Shown here one piece after another: positions 7,930 to 15,865 of a DNA stretch of 26,616 nt. The translations under genes and the position numbers were made by a program. The stretch is from positions 1 to 26,616 of the forward strand of contig JBBRPR010000090.1 in assembly GCA_038227875.1 (NCBI GenBank), in the 5' to 3' direction. Source of the DNA: Planctomycetota bacterium. GTDB taxonomy: Bacteria > Planctomycetota > SZUA-567 > H5-PLA8. Numbering within the stretch: position 1 is the stretch's first letter; each line of letters starts with the position of its first letter. A model generated the notes under the pieces. It searched no databases. It was not told the origin of the DNA and saw only the letters and a program-made list of their open reading frames with translations.

Positions 7930-10900
7930 TTACTTTTTGATATGTCCGGATTTGCCGGCCGCCAGAGTGGCGACGGCTTTGATCTGAGCGACATACGTGA
8001 CGCCATTGAGCGTGAGCGTCACGCCCATCGTTACCGGCATTGATTTAACGGAGGTCGTCGTCGAAATGCCCTCGTGGCTCCACGCAGCCGCGAATGAGCC
8101 GTGTTTCAACATCGCCTTGAATGGTCCATTACCGCCCTTGAACACGGTCTTCTTTGAAACGGGATCGCGCGTGGTCTTCAACTTCAACTGGAACGTGCCG
8201 GAAGCCGACTTGGCGCTGCCTTTCGCATTGAGGACGAACGTTGACGTAACACCGCCAACATCAAGCAGCACCGTCTGTCCCGAAGGCGTGAAGCCCGCCG
8301 GCAATCCCAGGAGAATGCCGGAGAGTGAACACGCGTCCTTCCCGGGCTTATCGAAATGCATGGACGCGCCGAACGCCGAGACGGTCATCGGTTGCGTGTT
8401 CGTGGTTGTGCCCGTGCCGCCGGAGCCGCCTGAACCTCCGGAGTTGCCGCCGTTGCCGCCGCCAGTTCCAGAGGTCGTGTCGCCGATCACGGTCTCTGAA
8501 AGAGCGCTCTCGACACTGCCGCCGCGACCATCGCGAACGGTGACTTTTACCTGGTACGTCCCGGCAGTGGTGTAGGCGTGAGTCGTCGCCGCGTTTGCGC
8601 CCACGGTCGAGTCTCCAAAGTCCCACGCGTAGGAGAGCGTATCGCCGTCGGCATCTGTGGCGGCGACGGAGAACGAGACGAGTTGCCCGGCATTCGCGGG
8701 ATTGGGTGATGCGCCGGCAACCGAGACCAGCACGGGTTTGTGATTCGGCGGGCCGCTGATGGAGAGGCGCACGGGCGCGGAGAGCGTCGCATTACCCACG
8801 GCGTCGGTGGCTTTGGCCGTCAGGCTGTGCGAACCGCCCGGCGCGTTATTCCACGCGTACGTATAGGGCGATGCGGTCGCCTGGCCCAGGATCACGCCAT
8901 TGTCGAAGAATTCGACTTTGGCGATGGTGCCGCTGGGTTCGCTGGCCGTTGCAGCGAGCGTCAGGTTGATCGGCGACGTGTACGAAGATCCGTCGGCGGG
9001 ACTGGTCAGTGCGACGATCGGAACCTGGCCGCGCGTGACCAGCACGGATCCCGACGCGGCGGCCGTGAAGGAAAATGCGATCACGCCCTCCGTCGACGAT
9101 TGCAGCGTCTGGTCAAACTGCGTCACTGCGCCAGCGTTGCTGACGATGTGGTAGAACGCGGAGGGATGGACGTCGGAAAGAATATGCCGCTGCGGTCCGG
9201 TGCCGTGGAACGAATAGTTGAACGAAAGCGGCGCCAGCTCGCGGTCCTTTCTGGCAAACAGCAGCGCGTAGTTCGATCCATTGGTGGAGAGTTCCACGCC
9301 TTCGGCCAGACCGTCCGCCGAAGTCAGCAGAGCGGCCGGCGTGGCCGTCGATCGGCTGGAAGCGTCGGCTTCAAAGACGTGAAGGAAGTTGTCCTGCAAC
9401 TGTCCGGTGAGCGTGACCTGATAGGTATTCGAGACGATTCCGTCGCCGGTGATCGTGCCGAGCACCGGCGTCGGATTGGCCGGCAGAATCGAGGTCATAA
9501 AGAGCTTGCTCTGTCCGGTCGTCATCGAAAACGTGCTGCCGGAGCGCGAAAGTGGAGCGGCGAAATTGGCGTTAAACGTTTTCTTCACGCCAGTCCGAGC
9601 CGATTGCGCCTGGTCGTGAACAACGAATAGGCCGGGGCGCAGGTAGAGCACCGAGCGGATGGCCGCGGTCACGGAGTTCTGCAGGCCGTCGTGCGCGGCG
9701 GCGTAAGCGCGCGTGAAATCCGACTGGCTGTAGACGAAGTCTCCACCGTCTGCGTATTTGTAGAGGTGAACATCGCCAAAGCCCCAGCCGCCCTGGCCGG
9801 GCGGATACGTGCTGATGTCGCCGGCGCCGCGGTCGTCAAAGAGCAGTGTGTTGTGGTAGACGGTGTCGCCAAAACCATATCCGCCGCTGTCGACCAGCAT
9901 GTAGTCGGCGCCGCGCTGAATGGTGATGTGGCCCTGATCGTAATGCTGATGATCGTAGAGAATCGGCCCCGCAGCGTGGCTAGCCCAGACGGCATTCGTG
10001 GCCCAGGTCGAACGCATGTAGACAGGACCCGATTCCTTCGCGCAGTACGAGAGCGGAAAGTCAATCTTGTAATCGGTCACGGTCCCAGCCGGGACGGAGA
10101 GATTCGAGTCTTTCAGAAATTGCCGCGCGTATGGCGCCATCGGATGCGCGGGCAGTACGTTGAGAAATTCCTGCATCGCCGAGACCAGCGGCTGCGCCGG
10201 GAGCGTCGACCAGTCGCCGCCATCGTAAAAGGTGACGCGGTCGGGTTTGGTGCCGTGAATGATGGCACGAACGGAATTCTCCGTCCATTCCAGCTGCGCC
10301 AGCCGATCGTCGCCGGTCAGCGCTTTCCATAGCGTGAAAATATCCAGACAATCCTGCGTCACGCCATCGGTGTACTGGCCCTGCGGGCCGTAACCGCCGG
10401 GGAGATGCTGGTTGAGCGCATCGAACGTCCGCTGCAGCAGGACGGCGCTGAGCGTTTTGAATTCGTCGCCACGCGGATTTTCCGTGCCGGTCGCGTACGC
10501 GGTGTACATCGTGCCGGTGAGATAGCCGCGGATGAAATAGTTGCCCAGATCGCCGTCGTGTTCGTAACCGTATGCGCCGTACCAATCGAGCATCGCATTC
10601 AGGGTTGTGTAGAATTCCTGCTGCAGGGCCGGTGTGAGCCCGGCGTAATCGTGGAGCAGGTCGTAGCCGTACGCCAATCCGGGACAGAACGTCCGCATCT
10701 GATAACCCGGGCCGTCGGGCTGCACGGAATTCACGCCGCCAATGTAGTTGCCGGTCTGCTCGTAATCCGTGCCGATGTACTGAACGAACACCGCCTGTCC
10801 CGCCGCCGGCGCGGTGTTGAAGGTGAGATTGGTGGTGGAAGCACTGTAACTTGCGGAGCCCACGGTCGCGGCGCCCTGATCGCTGGCGAGTGCGACGTAA

Positions 10901-11550
10901 TACTTTGCGCCGCTGGCGGGATGGTTGCTGTTCAGCCAGCGCAGAATGAAAATGTCGAGCCCATCGCGATAATTGTACTGCCAGTTGGATGGCGCATAGT
11001 CCGCGGTCGCGGCAGGGGTGTTGCCGATCGCGATGATCTTTCCCCAGTCCGTGAGTGTCGTCGTCGACCCGCTGTATGTGATCGGCGTGATGCTGATGGG
11101 ACTGAGCCAGACGGTGACCGACGCGCCGGTCAGCGGCGCCCGTGGGAGTGCGAAAGTTTTGGTCGTGCCATCGGTGCGTCCGATGTATTCGGAGTTCTCG
11201 GGTGTGCCGTAGTTGTGATGCCGGGCGAGGACCTTCATCAGTGCCAGCGACTTCTTTGCATACTTGGTCGCTCGCGTGGGATCGATGCGCAGCGCCACGC
11301 GGTACGCCAGCGCGTAGTCTTCCAGCGCGGTGCGCCAGCCCCAGCCGGCGTAGTCGGGCGTGATCAGGCTGTTGAGACTCGCATCGCAGCGGGTGCGCAG
11401 ATCGATCCAATCCTGCCCGCCCTGCGCCAGCAGATCGACGCGGTTGGCGGGCGCGATCAGGATCGGATGAACGTCGGCCGCGCGCAGCTCGTGAACCGAG
11501 GCGACGAAAAGGATGGCGGCGAGAACTCGGATGTAATGCATGGGCTTCAT
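7930..11550 (-). CDS. Secreted heparinase II/III-like (polysaccharide lyase-type) protein with Ig-like, PKD and shared C-terminal domain (1206 aa)
   Basis: Likely start is ATG 11550 (AGGGGG RBS, signal peptide MKPMHYIRVLAAILFVASVHELRA). Helical toroid motifs (LAYGYDLLHD, GNYF), then SGPVYMRSTW...HQHYDQGHITI...LVDSGGY...HNTLLF typical of heparinase II/III domains. Ig-like, PKD (YAWDFGD) and Gly linker follow. Its stop is 18 nt from the next gene. Confidence 0.85.
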   Translation of the reverse strand: MKPMHYIRVLAAILFVASVHELRAADVHPILIAPANRVDLLAQGGQDWIDLRTRCDASLNSLITPDYAGWGWRTALEDYALAYRVALRIDPTRATKYAKKSLALMKVLARHHNYGTPENSEYIGRTDGTTKTFALPRAPLTGASVTVWLSPISITPITYSGSTTTLTDWGKIIAIGNTPAATADYAPSNWQYNYRDGLDIFILRWLNSNHPASGAKYYVALASDQGAATVGSASYSASTTNLTFNTAPAAGQAVFVQYIGTDYEQTGNYIGGVNSVQPDGPGYQMRTFCPGLAYGYDLLHDYAGLTPALQQEFYTTLNAMLDWYGAYGYEHDGDLGNYFIRGYLTGTMYTAYATGTENPRGDEFKTLSAVLLQRTFDALNQHLPGGYGPQGQYTDGVTQDCLDIFTLWKALTGDDRLAQLEWTENSVRAIIHGTKPDRVTFYDGGDWSTLPAQPLVSAMQEFLNVLPAHPMAPYARQFLKDSNLSVPAGTVTDYKIDFPLSYCAKESGPVYMRSTWATNAVWASHAAGPILYDHQHYDQGHITIQRGADYMLVDSGGYGFGDTVYHNTLLFDDRGAGDISTYPPGQGGWGFGDVHLYKYADGGDFVYSQSDFTRAYAAAHDGLQNSVTAAIRSVLYLRPGLFVVHDQAQSARTGVKKTFNANFAAPLSRSGSTFSMTTGQSKLFMTSILPANPTPVLGTITGDGIVSNTYQVTLTGQLQDNFLHVFEADASSRSTATPAALLTSADGLAEGVELSTNGSNYALLFARKDRELAPLSFNYSFHGTGPQRHILSDVHPSAFYHIVSNAGAVTQFDQTLQSSTEGVIAFSFTAAASGSVLVTRGQVPIVALTSPADGSSYTSPINLTLAATASEPSGTIAKVEFFDNGVILGQATASPYTYAWNNAPGGSHSLTAKATDAVGNATLSAPVRLSISGPPNHKPVLVSVAGASPNPANAGQLVSFSVAATDADGDTLSYAWDFGDSTVGANAATTHAYTTAGTYQVKVTVRDGRGGSVESALSETVIGDTTSGTGGGNGGNSGGSGGSGGTGTTTNTQPMTVSAFGASMHFDKPGKDACSLSGILLGLPAGFTPSGQTVLLDVGGVTSTFVLNAKGSAKSASGTFQLKLKTTRDPVSKKTVFKGGNGPFKAMLKHGSFAAAWSHEGISTTTSVKSMPVTMGVTLTLNGVTYVAQIKAVATLAAGKSGHIKK

Positions 11551-11593
11551 TGGAATGCCCCCTGGAGCGTGGACGATGCGACTGTTCCCTGAG

Positions 11594-11624
11594 AGTGATT
11601 TGCCCGAAGTGCCAGGAAGGCTGC
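11594..11624 (-). promoter_or_regulatory. Candidate ECF sigma promoter GCAGCCTT-N13-GCAAATCACT for the exoenzyme operon
   Basis: 16 of 18 motif positions and the spacing match 13794-13824. It ends 43 nt upstream of ATG 11550. Confidence 0.6.
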
Positions 11625-11661
11625 GCAAAAATGGGAAGGATTTTCTAGGTGTCGATGCCGC

Positions 11662-13206
11662 TTAGAACTGATTGCGATGAGCGTCGGGCACGGGGGTTCC
11701 AGCCGGAACAGAATAGTGGATGACCAGCGATGGCCGCCGGTTCTGCTCTGGCGCATCCGTCGTGTGGAAGCGCAACTGGTCCCCGCGATGGGCGAGCCAG
11801 AAAATCACTCCGGAGTTGCTGGCCGGTGTCTCGATCCAGCGCTGCACGATCGACGCGTCGAGCGGAATCCGGATGCGCACTTCATTCGCCTCGCCCAGCG
11901 TTGGAATCTTCGGCGCCGCGCCAGGGATGCGGTCCTTGTTTGCGTCGCCGGCGCCGGGTGCGCTCCAATCCACGCCGTCGTCGCGATGCAACCAGCCGAG
12001 TCCATCCATCTCGCGAGCTTTCAAATTCCACGGAACATTGAGATAAGCGCCCTGCAGCGAGTTGGTGGCGCTCCAGTTCTCTAAATCGATTTCAAGCTGT
12101 GCGGATTCCACTTTGGCGTTCGCGGGCAGCGACAGTCCTTCAAAGCGGATCAGAAAACGGCATTCGTACTCTTTGAAATTGCAGAGCAACTGATCGTCAC
12201 CTTCAAACTGCGTCTTGCCGTTACCATTGGTGAATTCGGCATTTTGCGTAGTGATGTTGGCTTCACGGGTGCCGCTGTAACCGTCGCGGCCGTTTTGAAA
12301 TGTCGCCGCCAGATCGACGGGGATGGGCACCGCGACCAGTTGCGTTCCGGGGCGGGCTTCCGCCGCGAATCCAGCCTCCACCACAATGCCCGTGGGGTCA
12401 GCGTCCCGGCGCAGGCGCACGCGCGATTCGTACACGTTCAGACGCGTGCCGGCGGCTGTCACGTCCAGCGAGAAGCGCGTGCCGAGCACCTCGGCGTCGG
12501 CGTTCGGAGTATGCACGACAAACGGATGATCTTTTGCGTGCGGCCCCACGCTCGCGGACAACAGCCCTTGTGTGAGCTCCACGGAATACGCTTTGTTGGC
12601 GGGAAATCCAGCTCTGGCACCCGTCGCGAGTTTCAGCGTGGCCCTTTCGTCGAGTTCCACTTCGGCCACATCGCCGCTCGTGCCGTTTTGCAGCAGGTCA
12701 TCGGCCAGCAGCGATTCTCCTGCCGCCGCCGCGCGCACGGTGCTTCCGCGGGTGAGTTTCAGGTCGGGCGTCGCGTGAACGAGGCGACCGATCACGGCGC
12801 TCTGAGCCGGGCCGCGCAACATGTATGCTCCGGCAACCAGGAGAACGATCGCGGCCGCCGCAACTGCGGCGATGCGCAGCAGGTTCGGCCGGCGTTGCGT
12901 TTTTGCCTGTTTCAGCAGTCCTTCGTGAGCGCGCGACGTCACATCCAGCACAAAGCGCCCGGAGTTCTTTCGATCGCCATCCAGCGCGCTCTCAACGCCG
13001 CGCAGAAAGGCATCGTCGTTGGCGCCGCCATTCAGAATGCAGCGCAAATCGTGATGCAGCGCGCAGGTTTCAGCGTAGGCTTCGAGCAAATCGGGATGGA
13101 CGCGTTCGTCGGCGAGTTTGGAATGCAGCTCCTGCCAATCGGCGGCGGCCCCGCTGTCCAGGCAGCGCGCGAGCAACTCCTGCAGGTCCGGCGGGAGAGT
13201 CTTCAT
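11662..13206 (-). CDS. FecR-type anti-sigma factor with C-terminal DNRLRE-like domain (514 aa)
   Basis: Cytoplasmic N-terminal region, one TM helix (IAAVAAAAIVLLVAGAYML), FecR motif (FVVHTPNADAEVLGTRFSL...VYESRVRL), C-terminal TFQNGRDGYSGTREANI...LIRFEGLSLPANAKVESAQL...RPSLVIHY. ATGA overlap with the sigma gene. Confidence 0.85.
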   Translation of the reverse strand: MKTLPPDLQELLARCLDSGAAADWQELHSKLADERVHPDLLEAYAETCALHHDLRCILNGGANDDAFLRGVESALDGDRKNSGRFVLDVTSRAHEGLLKQAKTQRRPNLLRIAAVAAAAIVLLVAGAYMLRGPAQSAVIGRLVHATPDLKLTRGSTVRAAAAGESLLADDLLQNGTSGDVAEVELDERATLKLATGARAGFPANKAYSVELTQGLLSASVGPHAKDHPFVVHTPNADAEVLGTRFSLDVTAAGTRLNVYESRVRLRRDADPTGIVVEAGFAAEARPGTQLVAVPIPVDLAATFQNGRDGYSGTREANITTQNAEFTNGNGKTQFEGDDQLLCNFKEYECRFLIRFEGLSLPANAKVESAQLEIDLENWSATNSLQGAYLNVPWNLKAREMDGLGWLHRDDGVDWSAPGAGDANKDRIPGAAPKIPTLGEANEVRIRIPLDASIVQRWIETPASNSGVIFWLAHRGDQLRFHTTDAPEQNRRPSLVIHYSVPAGTPVPDAHRNQF

Positions 13207-13757
13207 GGCGCGGCGGCCTCTCCTGCTCGGGTTTCAATGCATTGCCGCAGCGCGTCGCGGCCGCGGGTGAGAATCGAGCGGATCGATCCGGCCGTCATGT
13301 TCAGCCGCTCGGCGACCTCGTCGCAGCGCAATTCGTCGCGGTAGTGCAGCCGGAAGACCTGCAGCGCCTTGGGTGCCAACCGGGCCAGGCACGCGCGCAA
13401 GTCATCAAGCCGTTGATCCAGTTGCTCGGTTGAGGGCAAGGCGATCGCGTGAGTTTCGAGCGCTTCGAAGAGTGCGTCGCCGGTGACTTCGCGGCGCGAG
13501 TACTGTTTGCGCCACGCCATGCGCGCGCGGTTGCGGGCAATGCCCAGCAGATAGCTGCGCAGATCGCGATTCGGATCGATGCGCTGCAGGACTTGAAAGG
13601 CTTCGAGAAAAACATCCTGCGCGAGATCATCGGCCGTGGCCGGATCAGGGCTCAGCCGCGCCAGGTACGAACGGACCACGCGCTGATGCTCGGTGACGAT
13701 CGCCGCGATCGCCGCGCGATCACCGCCCTGGGCCCGCACGAGAAGTTCCGCCGACAT
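13203..13757 (-). CDS. ECF-type RNA polymerase sigma factor (184 aa)
   Basis: Region 2 (ADDLAQDVFLEAF...YLLGIARN) and region 4 (VFRLHYRDELRCDEVAERLNMTAGSIRSILTRGRDALR). Confidence 0.95.
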   Translation of the reverse strand: MSAELLVRAQGGDRAAIAAIVTEHQRVVRSYLARLSPDPATADDLAQDVFLEAFQVLQRIDPNRDLRSYLLGIARNRARMAWRKQYSRREVTGDALFEALETHAIALPSTEQLDQRLDDLRACLARLAPKALQVFRLHYRDELRCDEVAERLNMTAGSIRSILTRGRDALRQCIETRAGEAAAP

Positions 13758-13793
13758 TCCGCTTCTCCCAACTGCTCCTTGGACTCACGCACA

Positions 13794-13824
13794 AGTAGTT
13801 TGCATGATAGACAAATAAGGCTGC
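13794..13824 (-). promoter_or_regulatory. Candidate autoregulatory ECF promoter GCAGCCTT-N13-GCAAACTACT
   Basis: Second copy of the motif at 11594-11624. It ends 36 nt upstream of the sigma ATG. Confidence 0.6.
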
Positions 13825-13922
13825 AGTGATTTAAGAAAAACCCCGCCGCCGCTCCGTCACCTCATCTTTATTTCGCCGGGCTTTCACTGGACTTTTGTAT
13901 CACAGCCGTTATCCACGGTGCC

Positions 13923-14336
13923 ATGAAACGCGGTATTTCCATGTTTTTGATCGTCTCGCAACTCACTCTGGCGGTGCTGGGGTGTTGCGCCGTGTTGTGT
14001 GTGCACAGCGACGGTCAGGCGTTTCTCGAATGGTCGACTGAAGCAAGCTGCGACTGCGACGGGGATCATCATTGTAAACATCCTCATTCCAATAATGGCA
14101 GCGCTTCCGGAATATCCAATCTCTCCTGTGAAGATCACCCGCTGACTGCCGCACCCAGTCATCCCGTGCGCGGCATGCACGACTCGCTGCTTCATCTCGC
14201 GAATTTTCAGGAAGCGCCGACGGCAGTGACAGTCGTGCGAGCGTTGTCGCTATATAAGGTAGAACCGTCAGGCGGCCTCGTATCAGCTGGCACACGGACT
14301 TTGGACCACCTTCGTACCGTCGTTATTCTCTGCTGA
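13923..14336 (+). CDS. Small exported Cys/His-rich protein leading the metal-efflux operon (CzcI-like position)
   Basis: Hydrophobic N-terminus, VLCVHSDG, CDCDGDHHCKHPH, SCED, and C-terminal LRTVVILC. Lies directly upstream of czcC-like gene on the same strand. Confidence 0.75.
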   Translation: MKRGISMFLIVSQLTLAVLGCCAVLCVHSDGQAFLEWSTEASCDCDGDHHCKHPHSNNGSASGISNLSCEDHPLTAAPSHPVRGMHDSLLHLANFQEAPTAVTVVRALSLYKVEPSGGLVSAGTRTLDHLRTVVILC

Positions 14337-14419
14337 TCAAACCACGCCACTTTCAATGTCGTTTTCGACCGCCCCAAACACTGTGCGTTTGGCGGGTCTC
14401 GTTTCATCCCGGGGGGGAT

Positions 14420-15865
14420 ATGCGGATAGTTCGAATGTGTGTGATGACAGCGGGAATGGCGATGCTGGCGGGTTGCGAGCATTACCATCCGCAGCCGCTG
14501 GATGCGACGGCGACGGTGCTCTCGGTGGATCGCGCCCGCAAGCTGCTGAATGAAAGCGAAGCGGTACCGGTGGAAGGCGCACCGGCCGCACCGATTCCGT
14601 TCACGTTTGCGCGTGCGGCGGAGTTGATGCGCGATCACAGCCCGACGCTTAAAGATGTGCGCGCGGAGTACGCGACGGCGCAGGCGTTGGCCAGAGTGAA
14701 ATCGCCGCTGCCCAATCCGTCCGTCGAAGCGGGGCCGCGCTACGGTTTCGGCCGCGACGTGCTGACGCATCGCTTTCAGCCCTTCGGAGCGCTCGGATTT
14801 TCCATCCCCACCGGCCAGCGCTTGAAGCGGCAGGACGAATTGAATCAGGTCACCGCCGAAGCGGCGTACGTGGAGGTGCTGGCGCGGCATCGCGAGTTGT
14901 ACATGCAGCTGCGACGTCAGTATTCCAAGCTCGCCCTGGGTCAGCTCCGTCTGGTCGCGAAGCAATCCATCGCGGAATCGGCGGGCAAGTCGCTGGCTCT
15001 GACGCGCAAATCGAAGGACGCCGGACAGGCCAACGCGGTCGACGTCGTCCTCTTCGAACAGGATGACGCGCGCCTGCAGGCGTCGCTGCTCGACACCAAA
15101 GCCGAGATCGCGGCGAGCAAGAATGAGCTCGCGCAGCTGATCGGCGTGCATGCCAACCAATTCGTAGCGATGCCGGAAAGCAGTCTGCCGCAATTGGGAG
15201 AGCTTCCGAAGCAGGACGTGCTGACGCAGTTCATGATCGAAAATCATCCCGATCTGGCACGCATGCGCGCGAAGTATGAGCTGGCGGAACGCGAACTCCA
15301 TCTGGAGATCGCCAAGCAGTACCCGGATTTTCACATCGGGCCGGCGGCCGACGGCGACGTGGGCGACCGGAAGACGACGCTGGGACTGACGCTGGGCATT
15401 GATCTGCCGCTTTTCGACCGCAATCAACAGGGCATTGCATCGGCCAAGGCCAAGCGCGAAGAGATCCGGGCCAAATACGAATCCACGGCAGTGCGCGCGC
15501 TCAGCGAATTGGACCGTGCAATCACCACGTATCAGCTGGCCGAAGAGAAATCGAAGCTGCTCAAAGATGTGCTGATGCCGCGCGCGCAAGCGGGCATCGA
15601 TCTGGCTCGAAAGTCGTTCGATCAAGGCGCGACCGATGTCTTTCGCTTCCTCGAAGCGGCGCGCGCTCATCGGTCGCTCCAGATTGACGCGTTGGATACG
15701 GAAATATCCATTCGCAACGCGTTCATCGACCTGGAACTGGCGGTCGGTTGCCCACTGGTCATGTTTCCGTCTGAATCGGCCGAAGTCGAACCGCCCGCCT
15801 TGAATTCGATCGAGCCGCACGTGAGTGAAGATGCGCACGCAACTGAGAAGGAGCTCAAGGAATGA
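14420..15865 (+). CDS. czcC: TolC-family outer membrane efflux lipoprotein (CzcC-like)
   Basis: Lipobox LAGC, OEP motifs (PLPNPSV, LGFSIP, QYPDF, GIDLPLFDRNQQGI), ATGA overlap with the next gene. Confidence 0.85.
   Translation: MRIVRMCVMTAGMAMLAGCEHYHPQPLDATATVLSVDRARKLLNESEAVPVEGAPAAPIPFTFARAAELMRDHSPTLKDVRAEYATAQALARVKSPLPNPSVEAGPRYGFGRDVLTHRFQPFGALGFSIPTGQRLKRQDELNQVTAEAAYVEVLARHRELYMQLRRQYSKLALGQLRLVAKQSIAESAGKSLALTRKSKDAGQANAVDVVLFEQDDARLQASLLDTKAEIAASKNELAQLIGVHANQFVAMPESSLPQLGELPKQDVLTQFMIENHPDLARMRAKYELAERELHLEIAKQYPDFHIGPAADGDVGDRKTTLGLTLGIDLPLFDRNQQGIASAKAKREEIRAKYESTAVRALSELDRAITTYQLAEEKSKLLKDVLMPRAQAGIDLARKSFDQGATDVFRFLEAARAHRSLQIDALDTEISIRNAFIDLELAVGCPLVMFPSESAEVEPPALNSIEPHVSEDAHATEKELKE

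Noticed and set aside
5063..8575. Two similar plus-strand ORFs (5063-5602, 7997-8575) that look like paralogs
   Set aside because: They are the antisense reading of the duplicated C-terminal domain and Gly linker.
13909..13917. TTATCCACG, near-DnaA box
   Set aside because: Single imperfect copy with no origin context.
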